NCBI RefSeq assembly: GCF_009914755.1 | Contig: NC_060932.1 | Strand: one strand, 5' to 3' | Source: the human T2T-CHM13v2.0 reference genome, Homo sapiens | DNA length: 64,000 nt | Shown: positions 28,430 through 41,245 of the stretch, in pieces | Layout: each line of letters opens with the position of its first letter | Position numbering within the stretch: the stretch's first letter is position 1 | Notes under the pieces: generated by a model | Told to the model about the DNA's origin: nothing | What the model saw: only the letters and a program-made list of their open reading frames with translations | The model's database searches: none | Position numbers and translations under genes: made by a program

Positions 28430-29570
28430 AACATTAAACCAATCAGTAAGTATTTCCTGAATGTCTGCTATGTGCGCAACAGTTTTCTAGGTACTGTGAA
28501 GAATAAAAAGTCCATGGTCTCTTGATTCCAGGTACTTAGAATTTATCAGGTACTACCTGACCCAGAACAATAGGAAACAATGCAAGATAAGCGAAAGCTA
28601 AATTAGGACTTATGCATTCATTCATACAAATAAATATTTCATGCCTTGTATAAACACTAGCACTTACTTAGTGCCAACAGTATGCCAGGCCCTAATCTAA
28701 GCCCTTTACATATATCAAAACAAGCATGTGAAATACCTCCTAGTATACTCCTTTTGACATGTGTGGAAATAAAGGCACAAGCATGTCGAGTGGTTTGTCC
28801 ATAGTCACATAGCTAGGAACTTTTCATTGTGCCCAGACGCTGACTCTGGAGCCACAGTCTTACCCTGAACACTGAACTGCCTACCTTGTCACAGACACTT
28901 ATCCAAGCTGGAGCTCTAAAGTCAGGGCAGGGACAAACCCTGTCTTCACAGAGCTAACAGCCTCAAATGGCACACTTACTAGCAGATATTAGTTTGATGA
29001 AAGGGAGAATAAAAGGGCATTTTTGACAGGAAGCCCAGTTCAGAAGTGATTGCAGAAATCAGTCCAGAAGTGTTGATGGCCTGAGCCAAGCAGGGGCAGG
29101 GGAAATGGGGAAGAGGGTACAGAAGAGGGAGAACAGAGACATAAAGCGTGAGAGATGTGAGTAACTGGAGGTCAGAGGTGAAGAAGAGAGAAGTGTCCAG
29201 ATGGATCCTGGCATCTGGACTGGGTTCTGCATGCCTGTGTCATCTGCACACACAGATGGCCCAAATTAATGAAAGTAGGAGGAAGGGCAGGATTGGGGAA
29301 AGGACACTGATTCCATTTGGGATATGTCCAGTTTGAGGTAACTATGCAATGTCCAAGTCAAACGTCAATTCAATCCAGAACATAGATACTAGTTGCCACC
29401 ATGGATGTGGCTGATTTGGCCCAAGGTGCGTGTGGAGCATGCCAAGAGTACAGAACCAACCAGACAGCAGAAATATACTCCAGGGACAGGGAGAGAGGAA
29501 GAGAGGAGTTCAAAGAAAGGAGCGATCAAGCAAGCCTGCAGTAACCAGGGAAGCCCCTGGAGCAGGGTTT
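28430..29570 (-). mobile_element. L2 and MIR remnants
   Basis: aagtatttcctgaatgtctgctatgtg; MIR core about 28660-28880; tttgggatatgtccagtttgagg L2 motif. Confidence 0.55.
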
Positions 29571-32500
29571 TGAGTGAGCATTTGCAGGGGCAGCCTTGGT
29601 GCCATCGTCCTGGAGAGCGGAGTGCACAAGGCAGTGCAAAGAGCTCGTGCGGGCCAGAACATGCATCATGATGGCATCATTTATAATTCTGGGCCCTGGT
29701 AACTGGATGGGTCTTTGTTTTCTAAGTGCTCAGAAGGTGGAGATGTGCAGGTTTGAAGGCAGAAGCCACGAGATTTTCAAGGATGAAGGTATTTAAAATA
29801 CAGTGTGTCCCATAATAGGAACTTGGGAGGAGAGAGATATCAATGTAGGATTTAAAGAGTTGGCTCCCAGCATACATAGTTAAACTCTCTCATCCATCCT
29901 CCTTATAAAATGTAGATTTGGCTCTAATGCTGAGCTCTTTCAGGGTAGTCTTGGGTGAGAGCAGTGGCTGCAGATGGGGAGAGCAGACATTTGCTTATAT
30001 TGTGAGGGTCTTGTCTGGGAGCCTTGGAGCACATGTCAGATTACGTCATCCCCCTAGTCACCAGCCTGATGTCCTTGTGACTGTCAACAAGTTCATCACT
30101 CCGGGAAGGTAGATTTACACGGGCAGGAGCTGTGATCATCCTTATGCTACCACCTTGCAGTCAGAAGGAAGTTACAGTGACTGAGCCACTGCCCAGCTTT
30201 GGGGGAGTACATGGTACAGGAGTGGGCATTTCAGACGGAGGGAGCATGGTCAGCCTCACAGGAGCTTCTAAACTGGTAAATGTGAGAAACTCCCTTGGCA
30301 AGGGGCAGGCTGCAGATGACTGTTTAAACAAGCCTCAAGAGAGGCTGAAACACTTAAGAATTGAGAGTCATTTCAGGGAGGGAAAAAGCACATCCTGACA
30401 GACAAGGCTGACCTGTTTCAGGGTCTCACCCTTGGACGGCTCAGAGATGCTCTCCTGCCAGCAAGCATTGAGAAATCTGATCAGGGCTGCAGAGTGCTCC
30501 AGACACTGGCGATATAGCCAGGGAGTCAGTGCTATGCACTAGAGAGGAAGAACTTGAAGTAAGTTGGAAGAATATGACATTAAAATATAACAAAGGTTTT
30601 AGAGAGGCAATAGAGATTCACGGAAAAATTTCAGGGTCTGATGTGGGGAATTACACACATCTTGGAGCTGTGTGTCTTTCTCTTTGGGAGAAGGCTGAGA
30701 GTGGTCACTGAACAGTTATCCACGAAGTCACAGTTCTCCAGGAGGGTCCCCACCAGCTTTTCCACATGCTGTGCCTTCTATCAGGAAGATTCTCTAGCCC
30801 ACTGCTTCCTCCTTCTCCTGTTTGTGAAAAATACCTACTTATCTTTCACACTAAGCTCAAGAGCCCCTCTCCTCCTCCCCAGGAAGGATGCTCCCTCCTT
30901 CTTTTGTGTACCCCAGTACCCCACATGTGTCTCTGGTTGAAGCTGGTATACTTTATGGCACCTTTTCATTTCCAGGTAGAATTCCTCTGGTAAATTCCAG
31001 CCCTTAAAGGACACGGACCATGTCTTACTATCTGATTCCTCAGCCCCTGCCCCAGTGCTTGGTATAAAAGAGGTACTTGGCAAATGGTGGGTGGCCACTG
31101 TCCTCCACCCCCTGTTCCCACCGCCTCCAGGAGAACAGAGAGCAGTGTGGGAGCCAGGACCAGGGCTGTGAGAGCTGGGGACCTAGAGCAGTTCTGGATT
31201 TCTGGGATGGATTGGGAGGAAACTGGAGAACTCTAGAGGAGGCAGGAAGCCAGAGTGACCGTGTGGGAAGCCAGCACCCACCCAGCCAGCCCTGTGACTG
31301 TGGAAAGGACCCCTGAGAGAGAGAGTGGCCAGAGTAAACTACTGCTTCAGAGCCCAGAGGGGGAAACGGCTGGGAAGAAGGAGGTGGAACCAACTTCTTG
31401 GTGCAAAAGGCTGCTAAAGGCCTACCTTTTTTTTTCACTTTCCTGGATCAAAGAGAAGCTCTTGAGATAGGAAAGGTGACTGACTGAGTCAGGAACACTA
31501 GTCACCATGACTGCTTCCCTCATCCTGCCTGAAATCCCACCAATCAGAACACCAGGAGATTTAGATGGTTGTGCAATGCAGTGCCTTGATGTTCTGGTGG
31601 TGAATGGGGTGGATGCACAGGTTCCATTCCTAGGGGTCAGGGCCAGGAATTAGGGGAGGCATTGTGTGGGAGGGCTCTTATTCCAGGGATATCACAGTCC
31701 AAGTCCAACACCAGCAGACGGAGCTTGGGTGTGCCGGCCCCAATTTGTGCACCTCCCCGGTTTTCTCAAACTGGTTTTCTGCTCTGTGTTGGAGATGGTC
31801 CCCTAGATGCTAGGAGATGGCCTGGCACCAGCCCCACTCTCGTCATTCTTGTAAGTTCCATATGCAACCCCCAATTACCATGAGGGTGGCTGGGCCCCAT
31901 CACCAGGGGGAGGTCCGTGTCCCCTCCTGCCACCTGCTGTGGCCACAGTCCTGGGCTGGCATCACATGCTTCCATCCCTAACACTGCAGCTTTAGGATCC
32001 AGCTGGGGCCCAGGGGCCATGGGGGAAGCAAATGTGGCCAGAAGCAAGTGGAAGCCTATAGATAGCTTTCGCCCTTTTCCTCCTGCCTTTCTCTCCAACA
32101 TGTAATGTTCGGAAATGCAGCAGCCTCAGCCTCTCTGAAGATATCCTGGGAGACCTGGTAGCCAGCTTGGGAACACACTTTCTTATATTTACTCTCTCCC
32201 TTTCTAGGCGTCACCCTATATTTGCTCTGACACACGCTTTCCTGGAATTTTGTTCCCCAGCAGTGTTAGCTGTAAGCTTGCATCTCAGGCCTTTGTCTAG
32301 GGCCCGTAGGTTCAGAGACCCTGGGAGCCAGGACAAGGAGGGTCTAATAATCAAAGAAAGTACCATGGAAGAAAGGGCAAGATAGATTCTAATATTCCAA
32401 AAATAAATGGCTTGGGCTTGCCTGGACCCTTATTCTCCAGAGGCCACATGAGACAAGTTACCTGCCTTCAGGGTGCTCCCAGTGGTATCTGGGAACAGGA

Positions 32501-35500
32501 CCCTGCATGCGCCGTGGTTCCAGAACCTGGTGCTAGAGAAACCTCATGCTGAGAAGAGGGAGAGAGAGCTGAGTGCTCTGCTCCAGGGGCATGAGGACAT
32601 GAGGAATGGGGCTCCTCCGGAAGACAGGCACAGAACTTGGCTCTTCTACCAGAATCATCTGAAGAATCTCTTCTCTTTCTGTGCCACCGGAGCTGAATGG
32701 AAGGCCAACATGGGGAATGCAGCCGGCTCTGTGGGGGCCAGGGAGGGAGAGTCCCTACTGGTGAGGAATCCAGCAGATCTGGAGGCTCACCCAGCCCTGC
32801 TACCTGAGGACCTCGGGCACATTAGTGAACATTTTAAGCTTTAGTTTACACATCTATCCAATGGAAAAGATGTTCAGAGAAATTATGAAAGACTGAAATG
32901 GGCAGAAGAGATTCCTGGGAGTATTTTCAATGGAGGGCCAGGCGTTAGCTGTCCCAAGAACCCTCCTGGCCTTTTAGATTCTGTACATCATCTTTAGTGA
33001 TCCCTGAGGAGGTTATTTTACAACTTGCTAGAGATAAAAGCTAATTTATAGAAAAATGATAGAGATGCAACTATGTCATATTATTCTTTTTTAGGGCAAT
33101 ACAAATCATACCTGTCTGATTGAAAATATAAGTCTCTACAAGTTAAATTCAAATTTGAACTAGTTTTACATTTTATCAGTTCCCTTATTAATGAATGAGG
33201 TTAAGTAAAATATTTGCTGCATGTTCATTTTATATGAGTCATGATCTTACCGTTTTGAAAAGTATCCTTTATAATGATATCAATTGAAAAGAGATGTCTC
33301 AGAATTAACTGAGATCACTTATATGAGGTGTCTAACATTGAAACACTAAAATACAGGTCAGGTAAAGTTTATTTTGAAGTAAAAGATAATAGCAGAAACG
33401 AAAGAAAAGGAGAAAATTACAGCTGAGCTGTGTGTGAGATTTAACTGCATAATCTCATTTAATATTGACACAACTTTGTGTGCTAGTTTTTAAAACCTCG
33501 TATCACAGATTAAGGCCCAGGCTTCTAGGTGCTTGGGAACTTGATCCAGACCAAGATGGTAGGGCATAGAGCTAAAATGGAAATCCAGATCTGTCTGACT
33601 CCAAAAGCCCATGCAAACCCCCACCAAACTCTGGCACAGGCCAAGGATCAGCAGCATAGTGTTGTGGGGAGGACATCTCCATGCATCACAGTGGGTGCTA
33701 CAGGTGGGGAGAGAGAGGACAGCTGAGAACCCTGGGCACCCAGAAGGGGCACCAGAAGGAACAAGGGGAAGAAGAAAGCTGGCAAAACTGAGGACTTCCA
33801 GCCTTTGGCTGGCACAGGCTGTGCTCCCTACTGCGTTCTTCCTACTCTTCTGCCCCATAGAAAGCTGAGTTCAAGGAAATTCAAGTTCACACTAACTTTA
33901 TACCTTTATCGAAGCAGGGATATTAACATTTTCAAAGACCTAAAAGTCACTCTTCTAGGCCATGGGCAATGTCAGTGACAAGATAGTACTGAGGACCCCT
34001 GACTCCTGGGATCATGTACCTACCCCCTAACCACATTCCTCTGAAGGCACTAGAGAGCCATGATTCATCAGAGTGGTGAACTCTCTGAGAGTCATTTATA
34101 ATACCATTCATCAAACCACTGGCCAATATGTCAAGACTCTTAAAACGCTGAATATTTCCCTGTTTGTTTTTCAGTGTAAAAATAGATAAGAATGCACAGT
34201 TGGTGGTTAGGGAAAAGTTAAGACTGAGGATATATTAGCACATTTTAATTGTTTCACTATTATTTTTATTGGCAAAGAAAGTGAGGGCCACAAAAAAGCA
34301 CAACCGGGAAACACCTGTGGGAGCTCTGTTGTGTGCCAGTCTGCTTAAATGGATCTGCTATGGGCTTTCTGGTTATGCTCTACATCTAGCTACGCACATC
34401 CTTGATATCTCAACAAAACCAATGTCTGCCTCAGACTCTGTGGGCCTTTTCAGTGATTTTTCAGTTTATTCTAATGTATCCTCTTTCCAGGGTAGTATAT
34501 GGTCCCAAGTGTTCATTCAAATTATCATTGCAATATTTTAAATTACTATTCCTCTTCCTTACCTTATACTCTGACTAGTGATTTGGAAATACATAGGATT
34601 TTTTTGAAGAAGAAAAAATACTCTGGGTATGTTCTTGGTAAGTGAGAACAAAATGTCAAGCTTTCAAAATGAAAGTATATTTCCTAAATTACAAAACAAG
34701 GGACATTTCCAAAGGTCCATTTTTCTTCTCCTGACCTACTGGAGGTCATTTCAGTTAAAGCCCTTTGAGGATGAAGTGGCTACATTTTTATCCCAACTGC
34801 ATGCCCAGGAGTCAGGGAAGGGAGCCTCTTCTTCCTTAACAGGCTTTTGGGCAACTAATCTAATCTCTCATATAAAACAGACTCAAGCCTTATTGGAAGC
34901 TACACCAAATATCCTTCGAATGATTGTGAAGATAACAGTAGATTATGCTTCCTGATGAAGTACAGTAATAATTGCTTAACTTCCTAGAATTCCTGCCCTC
35001 ACATTTTTCCTGAAGGATATACAGCATACAAAATACAAAAATCATGAATAATAATAAATTCCTAATAGTCAAATAGAAATTTCTCCTAACTTGATTCCTT
35101 AAATTGACTTGGACTTTATATACTAGCATAAGAAAAATGCAACCCACTTGATATTAGTAATACAATTTTTGACAAAATTTTACTGTCATTTAGTCACTTG
35201 ACATTTGTCCAGTCAGTTAAAGTAACCACATTATTTTAAAATACAATGTTGGAGAAAAAATTAATAAGGACAGCATGGTCATTAAAACAGGTCATTTTCT
35301 GGTGTTTAGTCTCGACTAAATCTACTAAACTTACTGAGTGAACCACTTAAAATGACCAAAAGAGACAAGCAATATTCATTTTGCCAACTATTGGCTGGTT
35401 GATTGTAAAATAGAAACTCATTAAAAGATGTATATAGTGATCTATATACATCTGCTCCTTTTAGTCTCTACATAGAGAGAAATTGCTTATCACTTGGCCC

Positions 35501-35870
35501 AAACCAGGAATAAGAATGATTTTCCATATGGTGGCCAAATTATCCATAGTAAAATAATAACAATAATATCAACTATTACATAGATCATGCCTTATATTAA
35601 ATATTAGTTGTTTCTGGATACATACTAATAGCAATAATATTATCTACTAACCTTATAATCAATATAGTTTAATAAATTGTAATAAGACAGTTCCATAATC
35701 ATAAACTAGGAATGAATACATGAACAGTGCTGCTAAAATCCTGCATTTTTATTTATAGTAAATCCTCTATAAATAAGGACTGGGTCAATCTCAACACTAG
35801 ACTGTGAATTCCCTCCTCAGAATTGAAGTACCAAAACATTTTGGGAATAGTAGAGGATCTTTTTTATTTT

Positions 35871-37421
35871 ATTTATTTATTTATTTTTTTATTGATCATT
35901 CTTGGGTGTTTCTCGCAGAGGGGGATTTGGCAGGGTCATAGGACAATAGTGGAGGGAAGGTCAGCAGATAAACAAGTGAACAAAGGTCTCTGGTTTTCCT
36001 AGGCAGAGGACCCTGCGGCCTTCCGCAGTGTTTGTGTCCCTGGGTACTTGAGATTAGGGAGTGGTGATGACTCTTAACGAGCATGCTGCCTTCAAGCATC
36101 TGTTTAACAAAGCACATCTTGCACCGCCCTTAATCCATTTAACCCTGAGTGGACACAGCACATGTTTCAGAGAGCACAGGGTTGGGGGTAAGGTCATAGA
36201 TCAACAGGATCCCAAGGCAGAAGAATTTTTCTTAGTACAGAACAAAATGAAAAGTCTCCCATGTCTACCTCTTTCTACACAGGCACAGCAACCATCCGAT
36301 TTCTCAATCTTTTCCCCACCTTTCCCCCTTTTCTATTCCACAAAAACGCCATTGTCATCATGGCCCGTTCTCAATGAGCTGTTGGGTACACCTCCCAGAC
36401 GGGGTGGTGGCCGGGCAGAGGGGCTCCTCACTTACCAGTAGGGGTGGCCGGGCAGAGGCTTCCCTCACCTCCCGGACGGGGAGGCTGGCCAGGCGGGGGG
36501 CTGACCCCCCTACCTCCCTCCCGGACAGGGTGGCTGCCGGGCGGAGACGCTCCTCACTTCCCAGATGGGGCGGCTGCCGGGCGGAGGGGCTCCTCACTTC
36601 TCAGACGGGGCGGCTGCCGGGCGGAGGGTCTCCTCACTTCTCAGATGGGGCGGCCAGGCAGAGACACTCCTCACCTTCCAGACGGCGTCGCGGCCGGGCA
36701 GAGGCGCTCCTCACATCCCAGACGGGGCGGCGGGGCAGAGGTGCTCCCCACATCTCAGAGGATGGGCGGCCGGGCAGAGACACTCCTCACTTCCTAGATG
36801 GGATGGCGGCCGGGAAGAGGCGCTCGTCACTTCCTAGATGGGATGGCGGCCGGGTAGAGACGCTCCTCATTTTCCAGACTAGGCAGCCAGGCAGAGGGGC
36901 TCCTCACATCCCAGACGATGGGCGGCCAGGCAGAGACGCTCCTCACTTCCCAGACGGGGTGGCGGCCGGGCAGAGGCTGCAATCTCGGCACATTGGGAGG
37001 CCAAGGCAGGCGGCTGGGAGGTGGAGGTTGTAGCGAGCCGAGATCATGCCACTGCACCCCAGCCTGGGCACCATTGAGCACTGAGTGAACGAGACTCCGT
37101 CTGCAATCCCGGCACCTCGGGAGGCCGAGGCTGGTGGTTCACTCGCGGTTAGGAGCTGGAGACCAGCCTGGCCAACACAGCGAAACCGCGTCTCCACCAA
37201 AAAAATAGAAAACCAGTCAGGTGTGGCGGCGCGCGCCTGCAATCGCAGGCACTCGGCAGGCTGAGGCAGGAGAATCAGGCAGGGAGGTTGCAGTGAGCCG
37301 AGATGGCAGCAGTACAGTCCAGCTTTGGCACGGCATCAGAGGGAGACCATGGAAAGAGAGGGAGAGGGAGACCGTGGGGAGAGGGAGAGGGAGAGGGAGG
37401 GGGGAGGGGGAGGGGGAGAGG
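35871..37421 (-). mobile_element. Full-length SVA retrotransposon (SVA_C/D-like)
   Basis: On the minus strand: (CCCTCT)n hexamer at about 37379-37421, Alu-like region about 36975-37340, GC-rich VNTR about 36390-36970, SINE-R about 35895-36385, poly(A). 16-bp TSD ggatcttttttatttt (35855-35870, 37422-37437) at an L1-endonuclease TT/AAAA site. Confidence 0.98.
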
Positions 37422-38409
37422 GGATCTTTTTTATTTTTAAGGAAATACTAGCTTCTTTGAGGATACACAATTTCTTACAAATTCTGGCAGTACATTCCAG
37501 AATGCTCTGATGTTAGGATATCTCTTTATGACAAAGGGCACATCTCATCTCCTTAGTCCTTTATCCCAAGGTAAGGACCTTGGGATGTCATTTTACACCT
37601 TGTTCTTTGATGGCTTCAATGTGAGTTGTATTCAGTGGTGCTCAAGCACAGCTGCTGGGCTTCCCTAAGCATGAAACTTGCTTGACTGTCTGCCTGTACC
37701 CAGCAATAGAAAAAACACCTCATTCTCCTTTTCCTGCCATCCACAACAAATATCAACAGATGATTCTGCAAATTGTACCAAGAGAACTTGTAACTTGTCC
37801 CTGAGTTTAACAGATGCTCACTGATGGCATAAAGAATGGAAGCACATTGCAAAAAATGTTGGGTCAGCAGCTACTCTGGTGCCTCATCCCAGGCACAACT
37901 TCGTAGGACTTTTTCCCTATTCTTCTCTTTGTCTGGGTGTCCCAGTTTTGTTTTAACTGTTGTCATTTGACGGGAACCCAGAAGAGACTACAGCAAAGAC
38001 TACAACAAAACTAACCTATATTTTCGGGTTTTGTCCTAGAGAGTTACATGTGTAGATATATTTGTTGCCTCTACAAAGAGACTAGTTGTTTCACTGCTAT
38101 GAAATGTAATTCTGCAACTAACACCATGTTAACTTAGCTACTAGAGAGCTGTGAATGGAGACTTGATATATACCAATGGGGTGCCCCTGGTCAGTGAGTT
38201 CTAAGAATAAAGGGCGATACTGGATGGAAATGGTCTCTTAAAGAAATTATCCTGTATTTTCAGGCTTATTAAATCTGTTTTGCTTTAAGATGATTATGAT
38301 TAAAAATTTAAAAAACAGGATATATCAAGAATATACTTTTCAATTACATTCTTGCAGGAACTAAGTTAAAGCACCTATAAATGTGTTCTTTATTAAAAAT
38401 GTAGTAAAT

Positions 38410-39090
38410 TAAGAAGCAGCATAGGAAAGTGGTAAATAATACGTGTTTTGCATCACACAGAACCTGGGTTTGTGCCTTGGCTTTGCTATGCACCAGCTTT
38501 GTGACCTGGCATAATTATTTAACTAAGACTCAAATTCCTCACATGTGAAATAGCAAGAAGAAGAAAAAGAATACCTTTTTCATAGTTTTGATGTCTGGCA
38601 AAGAGTAGTTCTCAATAAGTGTTTGTTGTTATTATTATATTTATTAAACATTTAACTAACATTCATTTATTTAAAAAACATTGACTGAGAATCTGTTGTA
38701 TACCAGACACTCTTCTAGAGGCTGAAGACACAATGGTGAAGGAGATAACAATTGCTATGATTTACTGAGGTTTGACCTTGTGCCTGGTATTGCGCTAAAA
38801 GTGTTTTACATGCATTAACACATTTCAAACTCACAACAGCTCATTGGTATGAATATTTGCATTTTTCAGATGAAAAAACTGAGGAAAAAGCTAAATAGCA
38901 ATAAGGGGTGGAGGCAAAGAAAGCCTGCAGCCTTCAACGTGGTACAAGTTCTAGTGCCTAAGCCAGGTAATGAACAAGTGAACGAATAGGCAAATTCACA
39001 GACCAATGGTGGCTATGAACAAAATAAACCTCGGGATAAAGGACTAAGGAGAAGAGAATGGAAAGGGACTGGTGGAAGTGGAGGTCAGGG
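38410..39090. mobile_element. MIR (+, about 38410-38630) followed by L2 3' end (-) with a nested MIR piece
   Basis: gaacctgggtttgtgccttggctttgc MIR core. cattcatttatttaaaaaacattgactgagaatctg...gtggaggtcaggga L2 motifs. Confidence 0.65.
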
Positions 39091-39268
39091 AGAAACTTAA
39101 TGTTCATATGTAGCTCATGCTTGCCACAGGGCTTTTACCTGTTCACACTGTTCCCTGCCCTAGAATGCTGTTCCTGCAGACCTCAGCCTGGCATTCTAGG
39201 GCAGGGAACAGTGTGAACAGGTAAAAGCCCTGTGGCAAGCATGAGCTACATATGAACATTAAGTTTCT
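39091..39268. repeat. Perfect inverted repeat: 78-bp arms, 22-bp spacer
   Basis: 39091-39168 is the exact reverse complement of 39191-39268. Extends to 39085-39274 with one mismatch. Confidence 0.98.
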
Positions 39269-39567
39269 TCCTGAATTTTCTCAAGGCCTCTGTGCCTGCC
39301 CTGTTCCCTGCCTCTTTTCCCTTTACCCCTCTATTTGGTTTTATCTCCTTCAAAGTCCTGCATTCTCTGCTCCTCTCATTGCCTTCTCTTGCTTAATTTC
39401 CTATCTATCCTGGAGGATGAGCATAAGACAAAAGGATGAGAGAAAAGGAATGGAGGGAAAGCAGAAAAAATGCTAAAGAAAGACTTGGGCTATGACAAAC
39501 TTCCATGGACGCTGCCTGCTGTCACAAAATAGGTTGGCATTTATGAATCTAGAATTCATCTGTTTCA

Positions 39568-39920
39568 TGTATACACAAAGTGACCCCCAAATGCAGAAGG
39601 AGCTGAGAAACCAAAGAATGACAAATTCAGTTTTTCAGCACAGGGTAATTTATTAAGGGTTACTTTCAGACAGAAGCTTGGTATTTGGTGGCCATAAGAC
39701 AGATCTCCAAACCGCAAACCCCAAACACAGAGCTTATATCTTAGGGAAAGTATATGCACTCTGGATGGAATTTGTAGGTGGCTGAGAGAATGCTGTGGGC
39801 ATCACAGCCTGTGACCTATGCAATAGCAGCAAGGGTTGTTTTGGAGTAAAGGCAAAACTTACAGTGAAAAGGTATTTCTACATAAACAGTAATACAGATA
39901 GTCGTTCTGCCCCCACAACT
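39568..39920 (-). mobile_element. ERV LTR remnant (subfamily not assigned)
   Basis: tgtatacacaaagtgacccccaaatgcagaaggagctgagaaaccaaagaatg, with antisense AATAAA (tttatt) and TATA (cttatat) in LTR order. Confidence 0.5.
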
Positions 39921-40829
39921 TCATTACTTGAGACTTATTCATTGGATCTGTACTTCTTTTTACGTGTTACAACTTATTATTTTGGCATATAGATGTAAAT
40001 AGCAAATACATTTAAATGAATAGATAAGAGAAATGTGGCAATTGTTTTGAAAAGCAGCAACTATAATTTCCCTCCTTGGACAGGTCCAAAGACAGTGCCT
40101 GTACATTGATTCTGAGCTGGGGAAGTCTCATTTCTTTTGATCATGGGAACCCTTTCTCCCTATGTGAATAAGCATGAGCTACCCTCCTGTAGGGAGATGT
40201 CTTAGCCTCCAACTGCTCCTGCGTTACCAAGGGAGGTCCCAGGTCTCTACATGAGGCCATCCCGGACCCTCTAGCCATTCAGAGAGAAAGTAGAATAGTG
40301 AGAAGTAATAAATGTTGGTTTTACGACACTAAGTTTGGGAATGGTTTGTTAGGCAGGAAAAGCTAACTGAGACAAGCAATAGCATTTTCTCTAGATAAAG
40401 TCTTGAAAGTAAAGATACTGCCATATTCTAAGTCATAGTCTTAAAACACTGCTTACCTTCTCACCAATGTAACCTGCTCATAATTTTAGTTATAAACTTT
40501 TGTAATTGTTGAGAATACAGAAGGGATGCTTATTAAATGTGAAGAGGACAGAAAATTGAGAATGACAGAATTAAGATTTTGGAAAGTCAAAATGATAAGA
40601 TACATCCAACAAGTTGACATTTATTAATATAAAATATGGAGTTCTATATTTGGGTCTAAAATACCTACAACACAAATACAGCATGGCTTCCTATGTCTGG
40701 ACTGAGGCATCTGTGGAAAAACACTTAGGGAAAATTCTCTTCCTTGATGAAGAGGAGATGAGGGAAAAACACAAGGAAATACCAAGGTCACCTGTACAAC
40801 ATAATTGGGTGTCATATTAGTTAGAGTTG

Positions 40830-41245
40830 GCTTACTGTTCCTGTTCTCATAAATTTTGTAATTGCTGACACATAAGAGGGGCCTATTTCTTGCTTGTGTA
40901 ACACTGATGGAAAGGTAAGCAGATAGGGAGCGTGGTCCTCCTCCATACAGTCCTTGAGAAATCCAGGCTGACAGAGCTCTCCAGCCTTAGCATGAGGCTT
41001 TGACACCCCTTTGGGGTCTTCTCTATTTCAGTCATGCAGAGGGAGAAGGTGCATGAATAACACGTATGAGAGATGTTCACATAGCTTTGCATATAGCAAG
41101 CATCACTCCCTTTCTCATTCCATGGGCTATAGAACTCAGTCATATGACACTCCAACTTTAAGGGAGGCTATAAACTCTAGTCTAGCTATGTGTTTTGAAA
41201 GAAAGGAACATGGAATTTGGTGAGCAGTTAGCCTTCTCCACCCCA
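40830..41245 (-). mobile_element. MLT1-type MaLR LTR remnant
   Basis: cattccatgggctatagaactcagtcatatgacactccaac...gggaggctataaactctagtctagc...tggtgagcagttagcc. Confidence 0.65.

Noticed and set aside
31060-31085. TATAAAAG TATA-box-like motif
   Set aside because: It sits in cagtgcttggtataaaagaggtacttggcaaatg, which looks like a decayed L2/MIR 3' end (cagtgcctggcacatagtagg...aaat). There is no CpG island or other promoter support.
36390-36970. Repeated units of about 37-50 bp resembling a CRISPR array
   Set aside because: This is the SVA VNTR: tandem degenerate units with no unique spacers, no cas genes, and a primate context.
36061-37451. Longest ORFs (up to 219 aa, Gly/Arg/Pro-rich)
   Set aside because: They are read-throughs of the GC-rich SVA VNTR and Alu-like region, not genes.
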